This document shows positions 1-7,233 of a stretch of DNA of 64,000 nucleotides, one piece after another. Both the position numbers and the translations under genes were made by a program. The notes under the pieces were generated by a model, which was not told the origin of the DNA, searched no databases, and saw nothing but the letters and a program-made list of their open reading frames with translations. This DNA is from Oscillospiraceae bacterium. Lineage in GTDB: Bacteria > Bacillota > Clostridia > Oscillospirales > Oscillospiraceae. The stretch covers positions 175 to 64,174 of the forward strand of contig JBJDXR010000038.1 in the NCBI GenBank assembly GCA_051866775.1, given 5' to 3'. Each line of letters opens with the position of its first letter. Position 1 is the stretch's first letter.

Positions 1-981
1 TTCTTCCAGCATGGCAAGCTCGCCGTACATGGTGCCGGTGGCAACAGGGGTTCCCGTCCTCATAATGGAGGTAACATACATATTATCCTCCGGGCACTTT
101 ATATCCTCGACCACGTCCCCAAAGAGGTTTATGACCTTCCCTATCTGGTCGCCCTCATTGAGTATTGCTCCGGGGTAAGTTGCGGAGATGAAAAGCCCAC
201 CCTTGTGGGTCTTGGGTCCAGTGGGCGTCTTTCCGTTAACAAGCGTGAGCTGCTTGGGGTTATTGTACGGCTCACCTTCAATAAAGCCGAAGCCTCTGAG
301 TCCGCCTAGGATGGACTTCTTATAGTTTCCTATGCAGTCTTCGGTACAGTCTGCACTGCCGCTCTCAACAATCATTGAAGCTATGCCCGCCTTTGCCATA
401 CTGGCAAGCTGCGAGGGAAGTCCGGGACGAAATTCTGCAAAATGCGTTACCCAACCGGCGTCAGCGCCGCTGAATTCGACCAGCTTCTTTGTCTTTTCGG
501 CAGTCTCCGTGCCGTCCTGAACTATGTAGCCGCAGTAGTAAGGCATTTCAAGGTCGTGTCCGCCATTGTGGAAATCAAGCAGGTAATTTGCATGCTGAGT
601 CACAATATTATAGTATTCATAAGCCAGCTGCTGGGTATATGAGCCGTCAGGGTTGCCCGGGAAAACATGGTTAAGGTTGGTGTAATCCACCGGAGAGTGA
701 TGGTGCCCCGCGCAGTGCGCCATTATGTTTACAACCGGGACTCCTACTACCGTTCCCTTGAGCTTTTCGGGGTCAATGGAATTAAGGCACTCAATTATGG
801 CCATAGCGCCGCTTATCTCCGTGCCGTGGATTCCTCCCTCTACCCAGTAGACCTCTCCGTCCTCAACGCCATTTACTATAATAACCGGAATTTTAACCGG
901 CTCTCCGTCAGAAGCGTAGCCTATTTCAAGGTAGCCCTTTGTAAGCTTTCCCTTTTTCGCTTCAATATTGCCGATCTTCAA
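1..981 (-). CDS. Succinylglutamate desuccinylase/aspartoacylase (AstE/AspA, M14-like zinc deacylase) family protein; 3' end runs off the window
   Basis: Absent from the ORF track because it is open at the window edge. My translation of the minus strand from TTG at 981-979 (GGAGG about 9 nt upstream) gives LKIGNIEAKKGKLTKGYLEIGYASDGEPVKIPVIIVNGVEDGEVYWVEGGIHGTEISG...NLNHVFPGNPDGSYTQQLA. The HxxE zinc motif and NxxFPG block are typical of this family. The + strand ORFs at 332-1029 are shadows of it. Confidence 0.75.
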   Translation of the reverse strand, partial: MKIGNIEAKKGKLTKGYLEIGYASDGEPVKIPVIIVNGVEDGEVYWVEGGIHGTEISGAMAIIECLNSIDPEKLKGTVVGVPVVNIMAHCAGHHHSPVDYTNLNHVFPGNPDGSYTQQLAYEYYNIVTQHANYLLDFHNGGHDLEMPYYCGYIVQDGTETAEKTKKLVEFSGADAGWVTHFAEFRPGLPSQLASMAKAGIASMIVESGSADCTEDCIGNYKKSILGGLRGFGFIEGEPYNNPKQLTLVNGKTPTGPKTHKGGLFISATYPGAILNEGDQIGKVINLFGDVVEDIKCPEDNMYVTSIMRTGTPVATGTMYGELAMLEE

Positions 982-1017
982 ATTGCTCCGCCTCCAATCA
1001 TCATTATGATTATTTTT

Positions 1018-1031
1018 CGTAAACGTTAACG
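1018..1031. promoter_or_regulatory. LacI/GalR-type operator O1 (CGTAAACGTTAACG)
   Basis: 14-bp near-palindrome centred on CG, matching the sites at 2012-2025 and 3810-3823 at 12-13 of 14 positions. It lies 37 nt upstream of the TTG start at 981 and 9 nt downstream of a minus-strand -10 element. Confidence 0.6.
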
Positions 1032-1039
1032 ACAGCCTA

Positions 1040-1069
1040 ATTAAACCACAATGTTGTTAATCATGTCAA
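1040..1069 (-). promoter_or_regulatory. Sigma-A-type promoter for the AstE-like gene (TTGACA-N18-TTTAAT)
   Basis: Reverse complement reads TTGACA (1069-1064), an 18-nt spacer, then TTTAAT (1045-1040). Operator O1 follows immediately. Confidence 0.45.
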
Positions 1070-1147
1070 TCATTTTTTTATTAAAAAATGACTTTTTATT
1101 TATTTTAATAAAAAGATTTTGAAAACTATTTATGCAAAATTTTTTGT

Positions 1148-1167
1148 GATATAATTTCACGTGAAAT
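1148..1167 (+). promoter_or_regulatory. Extended -10 (TGTGATATAAT) overlapped by the 14-bp perfect palindrome ATTTCACGTGAAAT
   Basis: TATAAT at 1150-1155 is preceded by TGTGA. The palindrome spans 1154-1167, 27 nt upstream of the ATG at 1194. No good -35 element was seen. Confidence 0.35.
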
Positions 1168-1193
1168 ATTAAAGCTTAGGAGGAAACGATTCC

Positions 1194-1940
1194 ATGATTT
1201 ACTATTTTTCCGCGACAGGAAATTCGCAGTGGGCAGCCTCAGAATTGGCCCAGCTTACCTCGGATAATATTGCGTCTATAACAGACATAATGCGTGATCC
1301 ACCCCGCGATATTCCGGTACAGGACGTGCTGGGCATCGTTTTTCCCATACACGCTTACGGTCCGCCGCGAATCGTGAGGGATTTTGTAAAACTCTTGCGC
1401 CCGGAGCCTTCGACCTATATTTACGCCGTCGCCACCTGCGGCAGCAGTACGGGCTATGCCTTCTCAATGTTGGAAGAAAATTTCCGTTTTGACGCCGCAT
1501 ATTCAATATGCATGCCCAATAATTACATAATTACTTACGACGTAAACAGCGAGGCCCTTGTAAAAAGGAAGCTCCGTGACGCTCCTAAGTCCTTAAAGCG
1601 CATAGCTAAAGGCGTAAATTCACGTGCGCACGAGGAGCTTTTAAGCCGCGGAGGCTTATCACGCGCCCAGTCCTACTCCTATTATGACTCATATCAGCGC
1701 GAGATCACCGACGAGCCGTTTTATTCAGAATCCAAGTGCGACAGCTGCGGCGTGTGCGCTCAGGTCTGTCCCCTCGGAAACATCAAATTGAAAGACGGAA
1801 AGCCCTCCTGGAACGGCAGCTGTATGCTGTGTATGGCCTGCATAAACAGCTGCCCTGTGCGCGCCATACAGTACGGCGGCTTTACGCAGAAAAAGGGCCG
1901 CTATCTGTTCTCAATGGTCTCCCACCTTCTTGATAAATGA
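1194..1940 (+). CDS. EFR1-type ferredoxin (flavodoxin-like N-domain fused to a 2x[4Fe-4S] ferredoxin domain)
   Basis: AGGAGG lies 10 nt upstream of the ATG. The N-terminus MIYYFSATGNSQWAA is flavodoxin-like. Two CxxCxxCxxxCP motifs are present (CDSCGVCAQVCP and CMLCMACINSCP). Confidence 0.75.
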   Translation: MIYYFSATGNSQWAASELAQLTSDNIASITDIMRDPPRDIPVQDVLGIVFPIHAYGPPRIVRDFVKLLRPEPSTYIYAVATCGSSTGYAFSMLEENFRFDAAYSICMPNNYIITYDVNSEALVKRKLRDAPKSLKRIAKGVNSRAHEELLSRGGLSRAQSYSYYDSYQREITDEPFYSESKCDSCGVCAQVCPLGNIKLKDGKPSWNGSCMLCMACINSCPVRAIQYGGFTQKKGRYLFSMVSHLLDK

Positions 1941-1968
1941 ATTTCATTGCAATCCTTTCTTAGTTTTG

Positions 1969-1998
1969 TTGACAAATCAGGAAGGCTTGTGTTATTCT
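1969..1998 (+). promoter_or_regulatory. Sigma-A-type promoter (TTGACA-N18-TGtTATTCT extended -10)
   Basis: TTGACA at 1969-1974 and TATTCT at 1993-1998 preceded by TGt. The same tgttattct -10 block occurs in the promoter at 3768-3796. Confidence 0.5.
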
Positions 1999-2011
1999 TC
2001 AAATATAATTT

Positions 2012-2025
2012 CGTGAACGTTAACA
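2012..2025. promoter_or_regulatory. LacI/GalR-type operator O2 (CGTGAACGTTAACA)
   Basis: It starts exactly 14 nt after the -10 hexamer, the same spacing as O3. Near-identical to O1 and O3. Confidence 0.6.
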
Positions 2026-2134
2026 ATTACGTTTGACGTCAAATTTCAGACAAAATGCTTGTAAAACCCGCCGTACCATAAAAACGGCATACATACATTT
2101 ACTATATCAGCACATATCTAAAGGAGGTCATTTA

Positions 2135-3661
2135 ATGAAAGACATCACTTGCACTGCGTCTTTTCCCCGCTTCGGCGTCTCAGGTGTCGGCGGCAGAAGT
2201 GCTGCGCTTACGCGGCTCTGGGACTCCGTCGGAATGAGCGCTCTCCCCGGCACGGACACGATTCCTGCAAAATCCGACTTTGATGCTTATGCGCCCTTTA
2301 ACAGAAAAAAATGTGTCGGCACATGGAGCATGGCAGAGGATGGCAGCAGGGCCACATTTAAGGCCGCAGCCTACTACGGAGATCCTGGCTATACCGAGGA
2401 TGGCTCTCTGGGCAATTACGTCGCGATCGATGTGGAGCCGCTCTATTGGTATCACGACGATGCCTCCGGAATTCTCGGGGTGTCCGCGGGCCAGGTATCA
2501 GAGGAATGGATGCCGCATCCAATATGCCTTGACCTTGAGGGGAACATCCGGGAGCATACATACATCCCCGCATACGAACTGGCGCTGGATAAGGACGGCC
2601 TTCCCGTCTCCCTCCCGGGCTTCCAGCCCCGTTTCGGCACCTACTATGGGCTTAGAGAGGATGCCAGGAATTATCTGGGAGGTATACTATCTGATTACGC
2701 GAGCCTTGAGACCACCGCACTGTGGCACTACAATTATCTCTTAATGACCATAGAATTTGCCACCCAGAATATGCAGGACATCATGTACGGCGCGTCAAGC
2801 ATGCGCTTTAAAGATGACCTGTGCCTTTCCGTACCCGAAAAGAACAAGGTGGTCGTCTCCGCGGAGGCCGGTGACACCTTTGTCCTTGGTCAGACTATTT
2901 TCGTCTGCGGACATTTCAAGGACCACCCAGCCGACACCGGCGCCTACAACATCCTCACCAACATTGAGCGATGCGATGCAAACGGCACGGTTGATCCTGA
3001 AGGGGATTACCGTCTTCTCACATACGACGGTGCTGACAGAAGCGCGGATATAACTGCCGGCGTCACACAGATCGCCTCCCGCCCGTGGATCACCGGTGTA
3101 TGTACCGGGGCAAGTCCCTATGTTCACGGAGTTCTCGGCCACACAGGAAGCCCCGTGTCCAACTCAAACGGCATCTATCCTATGATGTACCGCTGGATGG
3201 AGAACTTCTATTCCAACATCAACAAACAGTGCGTGGATATTATGAACGCCAAGCGTGGAACAGATGACAGCAACTATTATCTTGAGTGGTACTATCTGCC
3301 CGATCCAACAAAATATATGCCCGCAGGAGATGAATACCCTGACGTAAGCGACCTTGAAAACCACTGGGTGAAGCTCTGTATGCGGACGGAGCACGAAAAC
3401 TATGTAAACGGCTTCATTAAAAAATTTGAGACAGACCCCAGATTCCCTCATGTGTCGATACCCACCGAGACCGCGGGCGCCGACGGCGAGACCTATTACT
3501 GCGACTGGGCAGATGTGGTGCTTACGCACGCTGTGCGTTCCATACGCCGCGGCGGAAGCATGTACAGCTTTGACCATTACGGCCCGTGCTTTATGTCCTG
3601 CAACGGCGCAACAGACCACGGCGGCTGGTACTACGGCGGGAGACTTTTTATGATACAGTGA
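2135..3661 (+). CDS. Hypothetical protein, 508 aa, no signal peptide; C-terminus resembles an FGE/C-type-lectin-like fold
   Basis: The track ORF 2033-3661 starts at a TTG inside a palindrome. The ATG at 2135 has AAAGGAGG 6 nt upstream, so I use that. I recognise no family for most of the protein. The tail RRGGSMYSFDHYGPCFMSCNGATDHGGWYYGGRL resembles RGGSW...GFRL tails of FGE/CLec-fold proteins. Confidence 0.8.
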   Translation: MKDITCTASFPRFGVSGVGGRSAALTRLWDSVGMSALPGTDTIPAKSDFDAYAPFNRKKCVGTWSMAEDGSRATFKAAAYYGDPGYTEDGSLGNYVAIDVEPLYWYHDDASGILGVSAGQVSEEWMPHPICLDLEGNIREHTYIPAYELALDKDGLPVSLPGFQPRFGTYYGLREDARNYLGGILSDYASLETTALWHYNYLLMTIEFATQNMQDIMYGASSMRFKDDLCLSVPEKNKVVVSAEAGDTFVLGQTIFVCGHFKDHPADTGAYNILTNIERCDANGTVDPEGDYRLLTYDGADRSADITAGVTQIASRPWITGVCTGASPYVHGVLGHTGSPVSNSNGIYPMMYRWMENFYSNINKQCVDIMNAKRGTDDSNYYLEWYYLPDPTKYMPAGDEYPDVSDLENHWVKLCMRTEHENYVNGFIKKFETDPRFPHVSIPTETAGADGETYYCDWADVVLTHAVRSIRRGGSMYSFDHYGPCFMSCNGATDHGGWYYGGRLFMIQ

Positions 3662-3767
3662 CCTTGCCTTTAAATCCCGCAGCATTTTTAACAGTAATTG
3701 TTCTTTGTAAGTCAAACACATATTTTTCTGCTAAATGATAATTTTTTCACGAAAAATATGATAACAT

Positions 3768-3796
3768 TTGACAATTTTTATCATTCATGTTATTCT
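3768..3796 (+). promoter_or_regulatory. Sigma-A-type promoter of the lacI-family gene (TTGACA-N17-TGtTATTCT)
   Basis: TTGACA at 3768-3773, a 17-nt spacer, then TATTCT at 3791-3796 preceded by TGt. Confidence 0.55.
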
Positions 3797-3809
3797 GTAA
3801 GCAGTTTTA

Positions 3810-3823
3810 TGTGAACGTTTACG
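3810..3823. promoter_or_regulatory. LacI/GalR-type operator O3 (TGTGAACGTTTACG), likely autoregulatory
   Basis: It starts 14 nt after the -10 hexamer and lies 63 nt upstream of the regulator start. Confidence 0.6.
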
Positions 3824-3885
3824 CAGTTTTCATCCCTTTAAGTTATATCTTGTGAGATAACCTTAAGCGAACGGAGGAATCGACA

Positions 3886-4932
3886 TTGGCCACAATGAAG
3901 GATATTGCCTCGCTTTCAGGCACTTCTCTCGGCACGGTCGACCGGGCTTTGAACGGAAAGCCCGGTATCAGTAATGAGACCCGCAGCCGCGTTTTGTCTG
4001 TTGCGAAATCACTTAATTACAAGCCCAACCGGCTTGGTCAGGCACTTGTGCACCGCAACAGGGACCTGAGTCTGGGCGTCATAATTGAGCCTGTCTCCAA
4101 CCCTTTTTTCAACGATATCAAACGGGGTGTGGAGCAAATGAGCGATACCCTCAGTGAAGAAGGCATCTCCACGCACATATACTGCATGAACACTCACAGG
4201 GAGGGTGAAATGCTGGAGCTGCTTGAGCAATTCCGCGAAAAGGGTGTTGCCGGTATTGCCCTGAACGCCATAAATTCATCACTTGTTCAGGAAAAGATAC
4301 ACCAAATGCGCAGCGAAGGTATTAAAATTGTCACCTGCAACACAGATGTTGACGGCGGAGACCGGGACTGCTTTGTGGGCTTCTGCCACGAGAAAAGCGG
4401 AAGGGTCGCGGCCGAGCTGCTCTCAAAGTTCAACCATGGACACGGCAGCTTCCTCGCGGTCATTGGCTACAAGTACATATTGGCGCATATGCAGCGTCTC
4501 ACCGGATTCCGCGCAAAGATATCGGAGGAGTTCCCGGATATCGACATAGCCGACGTGATCGAGGTCGAGGAGAACAACGAGCTGGCAATGAAAAAGACCC
4601 TCTCGGCACTTGACGAGCACCCGGAGATAAACGGCATTTTTGTCACCAGCTATGGTATACGAGGCGTGGTGGAGGCGGTAAAGCTGCGCGGGCGGGCAAA
4701 GGATATCAGTATCATATGCTATGATAAATCCCCTGCTGTCCGGGAATATATGCGCGATGGCATTATAGACGCACTGATTTATCAGAAGCCTGTCGAGCAG
4801 GGCCGTACCGCGCTGAGGATACTCAGTGAGATAGTAAACGGCACCCACGCTGCCGACAAGACAGAGTACATCACAAATGTCGACATCCGGCTTTATGAGA
4901 ATCTGGATGCCGATGGAGATATGACTTTATAA
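3886..4932 (+). CDS. LacI/GalR-family transcriptional regulator
   Basis: N-terminal HTH MKDIASLSGTSLGTVDRALNGKPGISNETRSRVLSVAKSLNYKPN followed by a periplasmic-binding-protein-like sugar-binding domain. TTG at 3886 has GGAGG 9 nt upstream. ATG at 3895 is an alternative start. Confidence 0.9.
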   Translation: MATMKDIASLSGTSLGTVDRALNGKPGISNETRSRVLSVAKSLNYKPNRLGQALVHRNRDLSLGVIIEPVSNPFFNDIKRGVEQMSDTLSEEGISTHIYCMNTHREGEMLELLEQFREKGVAGIALNAINSSLVQEKIHQMRSEGIKIVTCNTDVDGGDRDCFVGFCHEKSGRVAAELLSKFNHGHGSFLAVIGYKYILAHMQRLTGFRAKISEEFPDIDIADVIEVEENNELAMKKTLSALDEHPEINGIFVTSYGIRGVVEAVKLRGRAKDISIICYDKSPAVREYMRDGIIDALIYQKPVEQGRTALRILSEIVNGTHAADKTEYITNVDIRLYENLDADGDMTL

Positions 4933-4969
4933 ATGCAAGGCTTTGTTCCTTGTAAATTGGAGGAAAATA

Positions 4970-5887
4970 ATGAGAGTTGCTGACAAAGTTGCTATTGTAA
5001 CCGGTGCAAGCCGCGGCATAGGAGCCTCATGCGCCGTTATGCTCGCTGAGGAGGGCGCTGACATCGTCCTTGCTGCGCGCAGCACAGGCGAGCTTGAACA
5101 GGTCCGTGAGCGTATTGAAGGCCTCGGACGCAGGGCTATCTGCGTTAAGACCGACGTGCGCGACAGGGACAGCGTAAAAAATATGGCCGACACCGCCATG
5201 AACGAATTCGGCAAGATCGATGTCCTTGTAAACAACGCCGGATATCCCATGTTCGGATATGCCATAGACGACAAGGATCCCGGCGCAGAGGAGCGCTACG
5301 AGGCAATAATGGAGACAAACGTCCGCGGCTACTGGTATGCCGCCCGGTTTGTAGTGCCGTACATGAAAGCTGCCGGCAGCGGCAGTATAATCAACATCTC
5401 CTCCGTCCGCGGCCATCTGGGGCTCGCCAACGAGACTGCCTACTGCCTTGCAAAGGGCGCTGTCAAGATGTTCACAAAATCCCTCGCCGTGGAGCTTGCT
5501 CCCCACAATATCCGTGTGAACTGCATCTCCCCGGGAGCCATTCAGGTGGACATCGGACACTGGGTTCTCTCCCGCTACGGCAAGGAGGTACATAAAGAGT
5601 ATGTAGAGCGCTTTAAGGACGTGCATCTGTACGGTATGGTCAATAACCAGCCCCTCCATATGCTCGGCGAGCCGAAGGATATCGGATATATGGCCATATA
5701 CCTTGCCTCCGATGAGTCACGTTTTGTGACCGGCAGCGACATGGTCGTTGATGGCGGACTTACCTCTGTTCTCCCTGAGCCGGGAGCGCTGGATATGCCG
5801 ATGCTCCATGACCTCTATGAGAAGCAGAAGCCCATGAACGACTGGCTTGCCTCTGTGGAAGCCGAACAAGCGGGAGGTAAAGAATAA
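4970..5887 (+). CDS. Short-chain dehydrogenase/reductase (SDR)
   Basis: GGAGG lies upstream of the ATG at 4970. TGASRGIG cofactor motif and the YxxxK active site (YCLAKGAVK) are present. The stop overlaps the next ATG by 1 nt. Confidence 0.9.
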   Translation: MRVADKVAIVTGASRGIGASCAVMLAEEGADIVLAARSTGELEQVRERIEGLGRRAICVKTDVRDRDSVKNMADTAMNEFGKIDVLVNNAGYPMFGYAIDDKDPGAEERYEAIMETNVRGYWYAARFVVPYMKAAGSGSIINISSVRGHLGLANETAYCLAKGAVKMFTKSLAVELAPHNIRVNCISPGAIQVDIGHWVLSRYGKEVHKEYVERFKDVHLYGMVNNQPLHMLGEPKDIGYMAIYLASDESRFVTGSDMVVDGGLTSVLPEPGALDMPMLHDLYEKQKPMNDWLASVEAEQAGGKE

Positions 5888-7119
5888 TGAAAATTAAAAG
5901 CGTAGATACAATTCTCACCTGCCCTGCCAGAAATTTCGTCATAGTACGTATTGAGACAGATGACGGCATCGTCGGCTACGGCGACGCCACCTTAAACGGC
6001 CGTGAGCTTGCCGTCAAGGCGGCGATAGATTCCCATATATCCCGCTGCCTTATCGGCCACGACGCCGAGCGCATCACGGACATCTGGGAGATGCTCTACC
6101 GCGGCACCTATTGGCGCGGCGGCCCGGTGCTTATGACCGCCCTTTCCGGAATAGACATGGCCCTGTGGGATATTAAGGGCAAAAAGTATAACGCTCCGCT
6201 CTACCAGCTCTTCGGCGGTAAGTGCCGTGACCGTCTGCGGGCATACTTCCATGTCCACGGCCACACCAAGGAGGCCCTTGCTGAGCGTATCCGCGAGCAT
6301 ATGCAGGACGGCTGCACCTGCTTCAGATACAGCTTCGACACCGAAAGTCCTGCTGATTCCAGTGTCTTCTTCACACAGCCCCATCAGGATTTCGGCGCCG
6401 GCAAAAAGCGCCTTGAGATTGGCGCTGCAGAGGCTACGAATTTTCAGCCGTGGGACACCGCCTCCTACAGCCGTGATCTTATAAATGTCACCGATTACCT
6501 GCGCAGCGTTTTCGGCAATACCGTTGATCTTCTCCATGACAGCCACGAGCGTTTCACCCCGACCGAAGCGGCAGCTGCCGCGAAGGCGCTGGAGCCTTAT
6601 GAGCTGTACTTCCTCGAGGATCCTATAGAGCCTAACTATGTGAAGGGCCTTGAGGCCATACGCAATGCCAGCACAACACCCATAGCAATGGGTGAGCTTT
6701 ATACAAGCCTCAAGGACTGCATGGTACCTATAGAGAGCGGCCTTATTGACTATCTGCGCATCGACATCAGCCACTTTGGCGGAATTACCCCGTCCCTGAG
6801 GGCTGCTGTCATGGCCGACCAGCACGCGGTAAAGCTTGCCTTCCACGGACCGAGCGATATCTCCCCGCTGGCACACGCTGCCTTTGCACATATAGACTAC
6901 GCCATCCCGAACTTTGGTATCCAAGAGTGGATGGACTCAAACGAAACTGTAAACTCCGTGTTCCATTCCGGCACCTATTATAAGGACGGACACGTCTACG
7001 TAAGTGATGAGCCGGGTCTCGGCGTCACGGTAGACGAGGAAGCCGCCGCCAGATACCCCTATACTCCCGGATTTATCCCCATGCTCCGCGATCAGGAAGG
7101 CGCTATACATAACTGGTAA
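5887..7119 (+). CDS. Enolase-superfamily dehydratase of the D-mannonate dehydratase (ManD) subgroup
   Basis: MKIKSVDTILTCPARNFVIVRIETDDGIVGYGDATLNGRELAV...GIDMALWDIKGKKYNAPLYQLFGG closely matches the remembered ManD/RspA-type N-terminus. Translationally coupled to the SDR gene. Confidence 0.85.
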   Translation: MKIKSVDTILTCPARNFVIVRIETDDGIVGYGDATLNGRELAVKAAIDSHISRCLIGHDAERITDIWEMLYRGTYWRGGPVLMTALSGIDMALWDIKGKKYNAPLYQLFGGKCRDRLRAYFHVHGHTKEALAERIREHMQDGCTCFRYSFDTESPADSSVFFTQPHQDFGAGKKRLEIGAAEATNFQPWDTASYSRDLINVTDYLRSVFGNTVDLLHDSHERFTPTEAAAAAKALEPYELYFLEDPIEPNYVKGLEAIRNASTTPIAMGELYTSLKDCMVPIESGLIDYLRIDISHFGGITPSLRAAVMADQHAVKLAFHGPSDISPLAHAAFAHIDYAIPNFGIQEWMDSNETVNSVFHSGTYYKDGHVYVSDEPGLGVTVDEEAAARYPYTPGFIPMLRDQEGAIHNW

Positions 7120-7130
7120 TCATAAACTTG

Positions 7131-7162
7131 GCCGGCTGAGGGGCTTTCCCCTCGCCGGCTTT
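7131..7162 (+). terminator. Stem-loop after the ManD-type gene (weak T tract)
   Basis: GCCGGCTGAGGGG-CTTT-CCCCTCGCCGGC followed by only TTT. Confidence 0.4.
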
Positions 7163-7233
7163 AGCTATAATCAATACGACAAATTCTTTTCACTATTAGG
7201 ATGTAATATAAAAAATATTTTGGGAGGTAAAAT

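Noticed and set aside
332-1029. Plus-strand ORFs 332-520, 442-642, 489-674 and 667-1029.
   Set aside because: They overlap the minus-strand AstE/AspA-like gene. That gene translates cleanly with conserved motifs from 981 to the window edge, and the plus-strand products have no recognisable features.
1070-1091. 22-bp AT-only near-palindrome TCATTTTTTTA|TTAAAAAATGA in the divergent promoter region. The 18-bp palindrome ATATTAATATATTAATAT at 63801-63818 is similar.
   Set aside because: These are pure A/T, low-information sequences in AT-rich promoter DNA. Such symmetry is expected by chance, and no specific regulator motif is recognisable.
2033-2134. TTG start at 2033 for the 542-aa version of the orphan protein.
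   Set aside because: It has no SD, and the TTG lies inside the perfect palindrome TTTGACGTCAAA in the leader. The ATG at 2135 has AAAGGAGG at ideal spacing.
2135-4932. A complete diversity-generating retroelement around the VR-like tail.
   Set aside because: There is no reverse transcriptase, no Avd-like gene, and no template repeat in the 224-nt downstream spacer or any other intergenic region of the window that I read. Only the variable-region-like composition remains, and it is reported as a cautious finding.
5027-6924. Long antisense ORFs in the track. Examples are 5027-5659(-), 5992-6924(-), 7546-7986(-), 23645-24502(+), 24824-25486(+), 39861-40379(-), 52538-53351(+), 58448-59101(+), 61509-62102(+) and 62685-63398(+).
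   Set aside because: Each lies fully inside a gene on the opposite strand that has clear family motifs and an RBS. Their translations are Arg/Ala/Gly/Pro-rich, low-complexity shadow frames typical of GC-rich coding DNA, and they lack SD sequences.
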